64,000 nt of DNA from Octopus bimaculoides (GCF_001194135.2 NC_068984.1:128359413-128423412), one strand, 5' to 3'. Positions 1 through 12,582 are shown, counted from the stretch's first letter. Translations and numbers: made by a program. The notes: generated from the letters alone by a model not told the origin.

Positions 1-986
1 ATATTTCTCCATGACTAGACATGTTTTCATGGATGAGTGGAATCAAATGACATCACTTGCATGACTATGACACTCATTTACAAGTGTCATGCAATATCAG
101 GGAATGGAGACAACGCACACGCATGCGCAATGGATTTCTTTCATTTTCCATCTACCAAATCCACTTGCCTAATGTGCCACACAGCTGGACTGAACCTGAA
201 ACCATGTGGTTGGGAAGTATACATAAAAATATATATATACACCCAGGAAAAGTCAAGTCATACCATCAATAATTTCAGAAGGGCCCAAACACTGTATTAG
301 GATGTGCACCACCGATAGTAAGTTCAGAACAACAGTAACTATCAGGCTTTAATTGAGACCACCTGTCCCATCACTATGTTCACCAACAGAATGTATGGGT
401 GTGCAAAATTTCACAGGAAAATGGAGAGAATACAACATACTCAGACAGCCACAATGCATTCATACCACTCATGCATGCAGCATGGTTCTCAGCTAGGTAT
501 ATCTGGAACAACAGGTATATAACTCGTATCTGCAAGTCTGTTTGACTAGGGCTGATTTGGAGTTACATATAACAACAACAGTTACATCAGTAGTAGTTTT
601 AGGAAAGTAATATATATATATATATATATATACAGAAAAGCATTTATCTGGAAAGAAGTGGAATGCAAAAATATTTAAAAAAAAGAAGATAAAAATCAAA
701 ATCATATGATTACAGAGAAGATCACAGTAGCTGAACTGTCAAATACTATGGTATTTCTGACAGGATAAAACAAAAAAATATTAAGTAATTGAAGATAATA
801 AATCATATAATTGACACAAGTATTACATATAATTAATACAGGTAGTAATATTACTATTGCCTTTGTGCTTAGTAAAAATACATTATTATTATTATTATTA
901 TTATTTATGTTGCTGAAGTTAGAAAATTGTTTTGTTTGAGTGGATCCATAACCCAGAGGCAGCTGATTAGATTTGGTGTTAAATTC

Positions 987-1087
987 TCAGGTAGTGCACC
1001 AACCAGTTTCACTCATTAACTGAACTGGAACTGGTTTCATTAATGCCAAGCAGCAAGGCATGATCACCACAAATTCCCCATTCAAAC
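987..1087 (-). CDS. Candidate terminal coding exon of unidentified minus-strand gene
   Basis: Poly-T...AAG acceptor. Phase-1 open frame (G)LNGEFVVIMPCCLALMKPVPVQLMSETGWCTT-stop. Joins in frame to 1161-1319 across a 73-nt GT-AG intron. Confidence 0.45.
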
Positions 1088-1160
1088 CTTAAAAAAAAAA
1101 AAATCAGGTCTTTTTATGTTCATGTAAGAAAAATGTCACTGTTATTATTGTGATAATTAC

Positions 1161-1319
1161 CTGTAGCAGTAGTGGTTTTAGTAGTAGAAGTAGTATGTTT
1201 AGATCTTTCTGAGGGATAAGATCTCCTTCTGAGAAAAGGGGTATATCCAGGTCCATGTTTTAAAGTCGGCATCACACATGGAAGTAGAGAGTGTACAAAA
1301 TGTGTGCGAGGAACAAATA
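1161..1319 (-). CDS. Candidate coding exon of unidentified minus-strand gene
   Basis: 159 nt, phase 1-1, CAG acceptor and CAG|GTAATT donor. Reads FVPRTHFVHSLLPCVMPTLKHGPGYTPFLRRRSYPSERSKHTTSTTKTTTAT. Confidence 0.45.
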
Positions 1320-1461
1320 CTGAGTTAATGAGGATTACTCAGGTCAGTGTAGTACAAACAACTGATGTTCATGACAACGCTTCAGCTTTCTCTATTGATA
1401 TGAAACACAGATACACATACACAATAAGCAGAACGACAGGTCTGTGTGTATGTGCATGCAT

Positions 1462-1464
<3 letters not shown>

Positions 1465-1505
<41 letters not shown>
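1465..1505. repeat. (TG)n microsatellite (other simple repeats: (CA)n 3340-3399, (AT)n 9857-9896, poly-A 8309-8350)
   Basis: Read directly from the sequence. Confidence 0.95.
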
Positions 1506-1507
<2 letters not shown>

Positions 1508-1829
1508 CTACTGCTTCATGTGTATCATTGAGAGAACAATGTGATTGGTGCTTTAGTCGCCAAATGAAAAGAGAGTATATGAGCAAAGGTGATAGCAGTC
1601 GTGGAGAAGAAACTTATTTTTAAATTATATAATCTGAAGAAGAGGAGGAAGGAGGTAGAGTACCTGTGACCACAGTTGGCTCTCCAAAAACAAACAAAGT
1701 AGTTCAATTTGAACTTTTACAGGCTGAGTTGTGTATAAAAAAAGAAAAAAAAAGATTGAAGAAGGAGTTACCTAACATTCTGGTGATGTATGTAGTGGTG
1801 TGGAATGATTAGTGAAAATAGAAGGTGTT

Positions 1830-2460
1830 GAGCTGGCAGAATCGTTAGCATGCCGGGCGAAATGCTTAGCGGTATTTCATCTGCCACTACATTCTAAGTT
1901 CAAATTCCGCCGAGGTCGACTTTACCTTTCATCCTTTTGGGGTCAATAAATTAAGTACCAGTTAGTACGGGGGGTGGGGGGGTGCAGATGTCGATGTAAT
2001 TGACTTGCCCCCTCCCACCCAAATTTCAGGCCTTCTGCCTATAGTAGAAAGGATTAGTGAAAATAGTTCTTATTATTAGTTAATAAAATGTGGTGGTGAG
2101 CTGGCAGAATCATTAGCACGCAAGTTGAGATGCTTAGTGGCATTTCATCAGTCTTCATGCTCTGAGTCAATAAAGTGAGCACCAGCTGAGTAACTGACTA
2201 TCCCTGCATCCCCAGATTTCAGGTCTTGTGCCTATAGCAGAAGGGATTATTAGTTAATAAAATGAGGTGGTGGGCTGGCAGAATTGTTAGCACACCAGAC
2301 AAAATGCTTTGGGACATTTCATGTCTTTTTGTTCCGAGATCAAATTCCGCTGAGGTTGACTCTGCCATTTGTCCTTTCAGGGTTGATAAAATAAGCACCA
2401 GTCAAGTACTGGTGCTGATGTTGTCAATGATCCACCTTCCACAAGATTTCAGGCTTTGTG
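1830..2460 (+). mobile_element. Three adjacent Meta-domain-like SINE copies
   Basis: GAGCTGGCAGAATCGTTAGC head and GACTTT(A/G)CCTTTCATCCTTT.GGGGTC.ATAAA.TAAGTACC core. Further copies at ~11209-11415, 32985-33392 (-), 61030-61235, 61825-62030 (-) and 63378-63590. Confidence 0.75.
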
Positions 2461-2462
2461 CA

Positions 2463-3086
2463 CATCATCATCATCATCGTTTAACGTCCGCTTTCCATGC
2501 TAGCATGGGTTGGACGATTTGACTGAGGACTGGTGAAACCGGATGGCAACACCAGGCTCCAGTCTGATTTGGCAGAGTTTCTACAGCTGAATGCCCTTCC
2601 TTACGCCAACCACTCAGAGAGTGTAGTGGGTGCTTTTACGTGTCACCCGCACNNNNNNNNNNNNNNNNNNNNNNNNNNNNNNNNNNNNNNNNNNNNNNNN
2701 NNNNNNNNNNNNNNNNNNNNNNNNNNNNNNNNNNNNNNNNNNNNNNNNNNNNNNNNNNNNNNNNNNNNNNNNNNNNNNNNNNNNNNNNNNNNNNNNNNNN
2801 NNNNNNNNNNNNNNNNNNNNNNNNNNNNNNNNNNNNNNNAGAACCAGTCCAGGGGCACTGGCAACGATCTTACTTGGCTTGCCGGGTCTTCTCACGCACA
2901 GCACATTTCCAAAGGTCTCGGTCAGTAGTCATCGCCTCGGTGAAGCCCAATGTACGAAGGTCTTGCCTCACCACCTCAGCCCAGGTCTTCCTGGGCCTAC
3001 CTCTTCCACGGGTTCCCTCAACTGTTAGGGTGTGGCACTTTTTCACGCAGCTATCCTCCTCCATTCTCACCACATGTCCATACCAC
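2463..3086 (-). mobile_element. 5-prime-truncated RTE-clade LINE (ORF C-terminus, 3-prime UTR, (GAT)n tail)
   Basis: WYGHVVRMEEDSCVKKCHTLTVEGTRGRGRPRKTW...DRDLW matches RTE C-termini. Inserted into a SINE. Internal gap 2653-2839. Confidence 0.8.
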
Positions 3087-3335
3087 ATAGTAGAAAGAAA
3101 GAATTATCAGTTAATAAATAAGTTTAAAAGTGAATGGTGTAAAGTATTTGTTAGAAAGACATAGATGTAGGCATGGTTGTCTGGTTATGAAGTTTTCTTG
3201 CCAACCATGTGGTCTCAAGTTCTAGTCTTGCTGTGAGGCATCTTGGGACAGATATCTTCTACTCTAACTCCAGGCCAACCACAGTCTTGTGAAAGGATTT
3301 GGTAGGCAGAACTGAAAGAAGCCTATGGTATACAT

Positions 3336-3399
<64 letters not shown>

Positions 3400-4089
3400 N
3401 NNNNNNNNNNNNNNNNNNNNNNNNNNNNNNNNNNNNNNNNNNNNNNNNNNNNNNNNNNNNNNNNNNNNNNNNNNNNNNNNNNNNNNNNNNNNNNNNNNNN
3501 NNNNNNNNNNNNNNNNNNNNNNNNNNNNNNNNNNNNNNNNNNNNNNNNNNNNNNNNNNNNNNNNNNNNNNNNNNNNNNNNNNNNNNNNNNNNNNNNNNNN
3601 NNNNNNNNNNNNNNNNNNNNNNNNNNNNNNNNNNNNNNNNNNNNNNNNNNNNNNNNNNNNNNNNNNNNNNNNNNNNNNNNNNNNNNNNNNNNNNNNNNNN
3701 NNNNNNNNNNNNNNNNNNNNNNNNNNNNNNNNNNNNNNNNNNNNNNNNNNNNNNNNNNNNNNNNNNNNNNNNNNNNNNNNNNNNNNNNNNNNNNNNNNNN
3801 NNNNNNNNNNNNNNNNNNNNNNNNNNNNNNNNNNNNNNNNNNNNNNNNNNNNNNNNNNNNNNNNNNNNNNNNNNNNNNNNNNNNNNNNNNNNNNNNNNNN
3901 NNNNNNNNNNNNNNNNNNNNNNNNNNNNNNNNNNNNNNNNNNNNNNNNNNNNNNNNNNNNNNNNNNNNNNNNNNNNNNNNNNNNNNNNNNNNNNNNNNNN
4001 NNNNNNNNNNNNNNNNNNNNNNNNNNNNNNNNNNNNNNNNNNNNNNNNNNNNNNNNNNNNNNNNNNNNNNNNNNNNNNNNNNNNNNNNN
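3400..4089. other. Assembly gap (others: 2653-2839, 12917-13401, 20391-20467, 27291-27869, 34722-34952, 37284-37547, 38959-39160, 44824-45166, 56724-56733, 58266-58484)
   Basis: Runs of N, mostly at microsatellites or inside RTE copies. Confidence 1.
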
Positions 4090-4118
4090 TAAACGATGAT
4101 GATGATGATGATGATATA

Positions 4119-4160
<42 letters not shown>

Positions 4161-6109
4161 GGTTTGGAGGTGATGTACAGAAATTATATATTAGAAAAAA
4201 TAAAGTACTCAGAGATCTGGATGGTTGTACATTTACAGATTTTTATTAATATGTCACATGTGACATTAATATGGAGCACCAGATATAAGTTCAATCACAA
4301 GGTCCAGTCCTTGTGATATGGTGGCTTATGTGCCTCAATGACCCAGGAAGCTATGCCAGTGGAGTGCAAGCTCCAGGTAGGGTTCCCCACCACCCATGCT
4401 GGACAGGTCCAAAGATAGAAGCTAGATTAATATGGATCACCTCTTCCCACTTGGGCACAAACACAGACACATATACATACATACATTTAGGTGCAGGCAT
4501 GGCTGTGTGGAGAAGCAAAGTTACAGAAGACTCCATGACAATTCAAAACCAAGAAAATCTGGGAGAAGAAAATATTTGTCCAGAATTAAGAACTTAAGGG
4601 CTTAAGTAAGATACAAGTTAGAGGTCAGGTTTATGAATCCAGAATATCAGGTCCCCCAGTCTCCTAAACACTGGTAGTTGTTTTTAGGTCCTCATTGTGC
4701 AGTTGTGACTATCCATCATCTTTTCAGATATAATGCATTACAACAATATCCAGTGTGTCTGACTTTATGTTACCATACTTCAGCTGAAATGTGCTATCTT
4801 TGTTTCAATTAATTTTGAAATAATGAAGAATTTCGTTAAATAACATTGTCATTACTAAGCTTGAATTAGGAATCGTGGGGCTTATGAAAAACCTACCAAA
4901 GGTAGGAAATAGATTATCACATGCAGCAGCAGCAGGTCTCCCAAGAAATCATTATTTGATATTCTTTTTTATGTTTCAGCCCTAAGGCTGTGGCCATGCC
5001 AGTAGAATAAATCTGTCAAACATGGAGTATGAACCTATGACTCAGAGGTTAAGAATCTTGTGCTCTACTAACTGAGCTAGCCAGTAGCTAGATTCTAAAA
5101 CTAAATTAGTAACAGCACAAGACCCACTCCACCTTCATACTGATGATATGAGAGATCTCTACGATTTGAACAACCATAAAAGTTAGCTTTATACAACCAT
5201 TACTTTTATGATCCAAAACAATAGATGACATTACAACGACAAACTACAGCAGCTGTGATCAAGTAAGGTAAATGGGCTTGGCAGTGTTCCATTGGTTATG
5301 ACGATAAGTATTCCAGTTGATCTGATTAATGGAACAGCGTGCTCGTGGAATTAATGTGCAAATGGCAGTTCACTCCAGTGACATGTGCACCCTTAAAGTA
5401 GTTCTCAGGGAGATTCAGCGGGACACAAAATGTGACGGGGCTAGCCCTTTGAAATACAGGTACAACTCATTTTTGTCAGCTGAGTGGACTGGAGAAACGT
5501 GAAACAAAGTGTCTTGCTCAAGGACACAGTGTGCCGCCAGGCATTGAACTCAAACCTTATGACCATGAGCTGAATACTCTAGCCACTTAGCTAAGTAATA
5601 AAACAAAGTATTAAAAAAAATTAGATAAAAAATAAAATTGGGTACAAAGAAATGGTTCCAGTAGTGGGGTATGCTCCTTAGGGTCAATCAAGAAATGCTA
5701 CAGATTTGAAAATGTACTGACAATTAAAGGTAAGTTCCTCTTCCCAGTTGTGATCTCCAGCCTGCAACCATATGATAAAGCAGTGCCAATCAACTAGGCC
5801 ATACACGTCACTCTCATTCATTTTTCAGTAATTTAACTTGGACAGCACTTCCTCCACTACCTACACCACTGCATATTCCATTTCAAATATAACTTGGAGA
5901 AACCGAGGGTAATAAACCATCGACTCTGAAGTACAAATGGAAACTGTTTCCGTCGGTTGATCAGTGGGAGTTAATTTGAATCAAGTGGTCAAACTTGTGC
6001 GAGCAGAGTTATGTACCTTGCACCAATACATTACACAACTGACATAACGGATATTTCTATATATATGTCATTCTCCCACTTCAACAAATACAAAGTAAAG
6101 GTGTTTGCT

Positions 6110-7830
6110 TCCTAACCACATGGTTCAGAGTGACACCTGAAGAACAGTGGTTCCCAATAATTGCTTTTGGAGGGGTTAGGAAGCAAGGGCTGTTATGGAA
6201 CTGTAGAAGATCATAAACAACAAGATGATGGTGAGAATGACCTGGACGAGAGGTTTAAGAGGTTCGTTGCTATTCTGCTGCAGATGTCCTCTAAACGGAT
6301 TAGCTAGCATCTGGTTGCTTTCTTTTATTACATAATAAGCCAAAGGGTTGTCAGTTAATGCAGGTGAAAAATTAAATGACGAGGAAAGTGGACCAAGGAT
6401 TATGTGGGGGAAGTAATGCTTTGAATGAAAAGACAAGTGTTGCAACAGGAGAGGAACACATAAATGATACCGGGGTAATGTGGGGCTTGGAGTAAAAGTA
6501 CTGTGGATCAGAAGGTCATGCAGGTTGTGCTTGCACCTGAAGGAGAGTGGATGGTTAGGAAAGATGTAGGAAATGGTAGGGCTAGACTGAAGGAAATGGA
6601 AGTTGTGTAGGACAGTGCATTAGAGAGATTAGCTGGTAGGATGGAAGGTAAAGGTAATGCAGTTGATAGTAGGACAGGTAAGGGATAGGAGGACAGAAGT
6701 ATAGTTGACAATTAGGCTGAATTGACAGCTGCTTGGAGGTATCCATGTTGAAGAAAAATTAATGGACCATTTGAAACGTTTGTGTGTGTGTGTGTGTGTA
6801 TGTGTGAAACTTATCTTTGAAGTCAGAATATCAGTTAGAAAGACAGTAATGAGGAAGAAATTTTGAGAAGACAGCCAATTTAGTGTGAAAGGGATGGAAG
6901 AGAAGAATTTAAAGTAGGTGTGTATGTGCGCGCGCGTTAGTAGGTCTGTAAAGAATCGAGGTGAAGAGTTTGGATGATGTCTAAAAAATTAACAGAAGTA
7001 TAAGAAATGTAGGCAGATGTGAATTATATAAGCAAGGTAGGAGCTGAAGAAAGAAATGAAGGTGGTGAACAGTACATGGATAAGCAAGGAGGTGTCAATA
7101 CAGTTGTTGACGTAATAACCGTAGAGCTCTGTAGTGGAGTGGTGAAACAAGTTAAGATATGAGCTCCAAGTTAATGAAACAGGCTGGTAAAATTGGGTCC
7201 CCTCATGGCACCTACAGCCATTCCAGTAACTTGCTGGTAAAACTTCCTGGAAAAGGTGAAACAGTTGAGTGTAAAGATGAGTTTTGTGGGGTGAAGGAGA
7301 GTAAGGATGGTGAGCTTGAGCAGGATGTGGTGTTTGAGAAAATATTTGAGGTTAGGAGACACATCGAGGTGAGGGATGATGGTGTAGAAGAATTCAAAAG
7401 CCATGGTAGAAAATAATTGTGGGAGACTGAGTAGGGGAGAGAGAGGAGTTGAAGAGGTAGAAATCAGAGTTGGTGTCACGGATATGAGTGAAGGTTGCTA
7501 TTGAAGATGACAAGAATTGAACTAGGTAGTTTAAGATTAGTTGCATAGGTAGCTGCAGGAAGAAAGAATAAGACGAGCAGAGGTGATGGCCTTATGGATT
7601 TTGGGAAGAAAGTAGAGGTTAACAGGGTGTCAGTGCATGGTGCTGCCAACAATGAGGTTGGCAGCTGCGAGAGGAAAAAGAGAAGGCAATAGTGTACAAT
7701 AGCAGACATCAACAGTTGCTGCAAGGAATGGTTGTTTACGTTTTCAAATAATACAAAAAGCTTCAAATAACATTTGGCACGACGAGGACACCAGTAATCT
7801 GGAAAAAAGTGTTGCACCAATGTTGCTAGC
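6110..7830 (-). mobile_element. Decayed Penelope-like element (RT plus GIY-YIG remnant)
   Basis: FSTMAFEFFYTIIPH...LIFTLNCFTFS...QQVTGMAVGAMRGPNFTSLF resembles PLE RT (MDVxSLYTxIPH...VLTLNxFSF...QxxGxAMGxxMGPSYAxLF). YYVIKESNQMLANPFRGHL resembles the GIY-YIG YIGET..L..RF.EH motif. Confidence 0.7.
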
Positions 7831-7949
7831 TGGGTTTTGATAACTTGCTAATTGGGAAAAGTTATGCTAATTGTGAAGCTAACTTGTTGTACGTTGCTAG
7901 TGGAAGGTAAGTAGTAAACAGCTTGAATAAACAATCAACTGAAGTAAAC

Positions 7950-8023
7950 TTGTTCTTTCTCCATCTGAATTTGAAGGACAGACAGTTTTATTGTTAGCTT
8001 CAATGAATGTCCATGGAATATAT
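7950..8023 (-). CDS. Candidate coding exon (donor uncertain)
   Basis: Phase-2 start, YIPWTFIEANNKTVCPSNSDGERT, compatible with 8675-8718. The acceptor abuts a (TA)n tract and the donor is weak. Confidence 0.35.
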
Positions 8024-8303
8024 CTATATATATATATATATATGTAGTTATGCCCAAACACATCTGTCACTGCTATCAAAGTCTAATGACAACCGTTTCA
8101 CTGTCTTTCTAGAGACTACATCAAGATAGAAAACAACACAATAATAAAAGCTTAAAAAGCTTACATAATGATTTTCTCTCAGAGCTTCTAAACATAAATG
8201 AGATAAAAACAGGACAAATATATTCATAAAACTACAAAAAATATTTAGTTCTCCAATTAAGTTTGTTTCCACAACTTTAACTAAATCTCTAAGTCAAGCT
8301 GCT

Positions 8304-8353
<50 letters not shown>

Positions 8354-8428
8354 AAAATACTAGATTGGTAAAAAGATAATACAGTTCTATATTTAAGAGA
8401 TGAGGAATTATGTACATTATTTACATTG

Positions 8429-8649
8429 TTTACATTTGATGGATATTTTTCCTCATCTTGTTTGTTGTTAACCCCAAGATTCTGAGTTCGATTACAAGCA
8501 GTGACCTGAATAACATTGAAAAATACCTCAGGAATGAGAAACCAGGTTTGAAATTTTCCCAAGACACCCGATGAAGGCTGGAGGGTATATCAGCCGAAAC
8601 GTTGTTTTAACAATAAACAAGATGAGGACAAATATCCATCAAATGTAAA
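8429..8649. repeat. Inverted-repeat-bounded PLE pLTR-like fragment
   Basis: ~43-bp near-perfect inverted arms at 8429-8471 and 8607-8649 enclose the hammerhead motif. Confidence 0.6.
8563..8608 (+). ncRNA. Minimal type-I hammerhead ribozyme motif (core variant CCGATGA) in a PLE pLTR-like repeat
   Basis: GACAC-CCGATGA-A-GGCTG(10 nt)CAGCC-GAAAC-GTT-GTTTT: stem II is perfect, GAAA is present, and stem III is the palindrome AACGTT. Confidence 0.6.
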
Positions 8650-8674
8650 TAATGGTAAAAAGATATCTACTTAC

Positions 8675-8718
8675 TTGAATAACTTCAATACTGGAACCGT
8701 GTCAGTTACTACAAATAT
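8675..8718 (-). CDS. Candidate coding exon
   Basis: CTTTAACTTACAG acceptor and CAA|GTAAGT donor. Only one frame is open: IFVVTDTVPVLKLF, phase 0 to 2. Confidence 0.55.
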
Positions 8719-9853
8719 CTGTAAGTTAAAGAAACAACAAATTAGTAAGATATAGTGCAATACACCATACATGACAAACACTGCAAGATATATTAGATAC
8801 AATATATGACATATCTGATACAACACAGCAGTGCAGAGAGATTGCTCTAGAAATTATGTGACTACAATGTGAACTTCTTAGCCATACAGTCCAAAATTTT
8901 CTTATAGTTTTTCATCTAAATAGTTTATCAGCAGCTATATGCCCATGAGATTATCCTATTCCAGACACTAATCTAGTATTTATCTCTATGGTAAATACCA
9001 GGCCTGTAGGTTGATGAAAGTTCTTTTCTGGTGTTACCATTAACCATACTCTTTTGCACAATTACTAGATAGTTTTCGATCCTTCCAGGTTCTCAGTATT
9101 CAAAAGTACATGTGAGTGTGTATGTGTGTCTTCTACAATAGCCCTGGGCCAACCAAAGCTTTGCAAGTGGATCTGATAGATGAAAACTGAAAGAAGCCCA
9201 TAGAATGTGTGTGTGTTTGGGTGTACCCTTGTCTTGATAATTGTAATGATTGTAAATGAACATCACAGTCATAGAAGCAATGTTTTTCATTTCCAGTTCT
9301 CAATGAAAAACATGTCTGGCAATGGGAAATACTACCTTGCTTGGAAACAGGTGAGGGTTGGCAACTGGAAGGGCATTTGGCTGTAGGAAACCTGCTTCAA
9401 TATACTTTATCTGATTCATGTAAGCATACTAAAGGATGATGATAATGATACACACACACACATGATGATTCCTTATGTATTACAGCATGTAAAACAAACA
9501 CCCACATCTTATAGCAAACTAAATTAACATGTGGCTTAATGGTATTCATTTAATTAAATATATAACAAAAAAAGCAGACAATTATCAGCTGTTTGATGAC
9601 GAAAATTCATATGTTTCCTGGAAATGTAATATAAAACTTCTAGCCACAAGGTAGAAAACACAGTCAAACTTCTACAGTAATGAAGACATAAAAAAAAAAA
9701 AACACATAATTAAGTTCAAAAATATTCATGAAAGGACAAAGCCATGAATATAGAGAAACATGAGGATCACTGATACAATAACAAAATTAAAAGCACAAAT
9801 AAATTAAAGTAAAATCTATTGAATGAATTAATCATTTCAGCAGAAACATCACA

Positions 9854-9898
<45 letters not shown>

Positions 9899-10044
9899 CA
9901 AAAATAATAAAAATCACATAATGTATTTTATATTCTCAGCACACAATAATGGAAGTTGAATAAAGAAATTTACAATAACCTTCTACATAACAAAAGATAT
10001 ACTAATTACAATGGAATCAGCATAATAAAATGCAAGTAGAACAC

Positions 10045-10143
10045 ATAGCAATCAAAGTAAGCATTCATGAAGGAAGTCTCTGTGAGATTACACAGTCTGT
10101 CAGAAACAGCAGTGATATTCTTCTTCAAATCATATTCTATTGT
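10045..10143 (-). CDS. Candidate coding exon (alternative donor would extend it to 10010)
   Basis: Pyrimidine-rich TTTTTAAG acceptor. Open frame TIEYDLKKNITAVSDRLCNLTETSFMNAYFDCY. Confidence 0.45.
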
Positions 10144-10358
10144 CTTAAAAAGAAAGGAAGGACATATTGGTATAATGTAGTCCCACTAACTTTATGTCTG
10201 AATATAAAATGAGAGAGTTAATGGTTGAAATATTTTGATTAGTAGGTTTACTCAATCAGGACTGAACTAGGGCCAAACTACAATGGTTGTTTGATTTAGG
10301 AAAAAGGTTAGCAACCTTTAAGGGGTTAGGGGTTAGCAGATTACATTGTCCACAGTAC

Positions 10359-10475
10359 TTGGTTGGTACTTTTAATGAAATTCTGAGGTCTATTAGAAAT
10401 AGCAGTAAAATCACATTCAAACAGTCTTAAAAAGGGAAAGGCTATATCAGATAATGTGGTCATCTGTGGACATGT
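10359..10475 (-). CDS. Candidate coding exon
   Basis: TTGTTTTTCTTTTCCAG acceptor and CAA|GTACTG donor. 117 nt, phase 0-0: TCPQMTTLSDIAFPFLRLFECDFTAISNRPQNFIKSTNQ. Confidence 0.5.
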
Positions 10476-10500
10476 CTGGAAAAGAAAAACAAGTATATAG

Positions 10501-10870
10501 GTGCAGGAGTGGCTGTGTGGTAAGAAGCTTGCTTCCCAACCACATGGTTCTGGGTTCAGTCCTATTGCGTGGCACCTTGGGCAAGTGTCTTCTACTATAG
10601 CCTTGGGCTGGCTGGAGCCTTGAGTTGATTTGATAGGCGGAAACTGAAAGAAGCTTGTTGTATGTGTGTGCTTGTCCCCCACCACTGCTTAACAACCAGT
10701 GTTGGTGTGTTTACATCCCCATAATTTAGCGGTTTGGCAAAAGAAATCGACAGAATAGGTACTAAGCTTAAAAAAAAAAGAAAGTACTGGTGTTGATTAA
10801 TTTGACTAAGAATTTCTGAAGGTGATGTCCTAGCATGGAGGCAGTCTAATGACTGAAACAAAAAAAACGA
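10501..10870 (+). mobile_element. CORE-like tRNA SINE
   Basis: GCAGGAGTGGCTGTGTGGTAAG...GGTTCAGTCC...GGCACCTTGGGCAAGTGTCTTCTACTATAGCC. Copies at ~1-235 (-), 3165-3400, 11460-11795 (-), 15507-15930, 28320-28640 (-), 39830-40260 (-), 42725-43060 (-), 58010-58760 and 59490-59800 (-). Confidence 0.75.
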
Positions 10871-11935
10871 TAAAAGATATGAGATGATATACACATACAT
10901 AGACAATGGGCTTTCTGCACGTTTCAGACTTAAAAGATTTCAATCACAAGGCATTGGTTAACCTAATAGTTGGAGCAAAGACAAAACAACTTAGTAGTGA
11001 ACAGTTATACTTGCTTCCAAGTGTTATAATGTATGTAAGGGGCTTCTTTCAGTTTTCATCTACCAAATCCACACAAGGCTTTAGTTGGTCTAATGTTATA
11101 GAAGACACTCAAGGTGCCACATCGTGGGACTAAACCTGAAACCATGTGGCTGGAAGTAAACTAATCAACCACATAAATCATTAATATAATCTATCTTATT
11201 AGGGCAATGAGCTGGCTGAACCGTTAGTGCACTGGGCAAAATGTTAGAGTGGCATTTCGTCAGCCTATACGTTCTGAGTTCAAATTCTGCCAAGGCTGAC
11301 TTCACCTTTCATCCTTTTGGGGTCAATAAAATAAGTACCAGTTAAACACGGGTCGATTTAATCAACTTAATCCCTTCACCCAAAATTGCTGGCCTTGTAC
11401 CAAAATCTGAAACCAATATAATCTACCTTATCTTCTTACTTGGATTGGATCTTTTACTTTTATTTGTTTCAGCCATTGGACTGCCTGCAGCAATGCTGTT
11501 GAATAAATTGACCCCCAGGACTTATTTTTAAGCCCGTTTCTTATTCTATCAATCTCTTTTGCCGAACTGCTAATTCATGGGGATGTAAACAAACCAACAC
11601 TAGTTGTCAAGCAATGGTGTGGGACAAATACACACACACAACAAGCCTCTTTCAGTTTCTGCCTACCAAATCCATTGACAAGGCTTTGGCCAGCCTGGGG
11701 CTATAGTAGAAGACACTTGCCCAAGGTGCCACACAGTGAGACTAAACCTGGAACCAGGTAGTTTGGAAGCAAACTTCTTACTACACGGCTACACCTAAAG
11801 TAAACATTTCACATTTTTTGCTGATTTCTTAAAATAGAAGTTTTATTTTCAGTTACTGCATCAATAAATTCCTATTAACAAAGTAACTCCGAAAACCTAT
11901 AAGTTTACCTTGTATAAATATAAAAAAAACATTTA

Positions 11936-12320
11936 TTTGTCGTCGTCGTGGCACTCCATCGGTTACGACGACGAGGGTTCCAGTTGATTCAATCAATGGA
12001 ACAGCCTGCTCGTGAAGTTAACGTGCAAGTGGCTGAGCACTCCACAGACGTGTACCCTTAATGGAGTTATCGGGGAGATTCAGCGTGACACAGTGTGACA
12101 AGGCTGGCCCTTTGAAATACAGGTACAACAGAAACAGGAAGTAAGAGTGAGAGAAAGTTGTGGTGACAGCAGGGTTCGCCACCACCACCACCCTGCTGGA
12201 GCCACATGGGGCTTTAGGTGTTTTCGCTCAATAAACACTCACAACGCCTGGCCTGGGAATCGAAACCGTGATCCTACGACCGTGAGTCCGCTGCCCTAAC
12301 CACTGGGCCATTGCGCCTCC
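11936..12320 (-). mobile_element. tRNA-derived SINE, same family as 30779-31160
   Basis: Reverse-complement match over the full length. Confidence 0.85.
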
Positions 12321-12582
12321 AAACATTTATTGATACTATAACAAAAGAGAGAAACTCAAAAGTGGTGCTGTGTTCTAATGTGTTCCACCTTTCTTAAGAT
12401 GACAGAGTATGATTTAAGAGAAAATTGGCTGTTATTTCTAGCAGATCAAGCTATCACATACAAACTAACTAGTCTTATGTTTGTGCTATTTTATGATATA
12501 GTGAACAGGTGCTTATTGGTTGCTAATGTATTGTAACATAACTAACCAAACACTATGTTCTGTAACAATATTTTCTAATTAC

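Noticed and set aside
3299-4099. Long ORFs containing X runs (also at 12579-13531, 27136-27930, 34653-35021, 38793-39420, 44712-45240, 58181-58588)
   Set aside because: They are open only because N-gaps contain no stop codons.
10045-10475. Faint resemblance of CP-x10-P-x3-LF and CNLT to CatSper auxiliary subunits
   Set aside because: Motif spacing and order do not match, and the similarity is too weak to name the gene.
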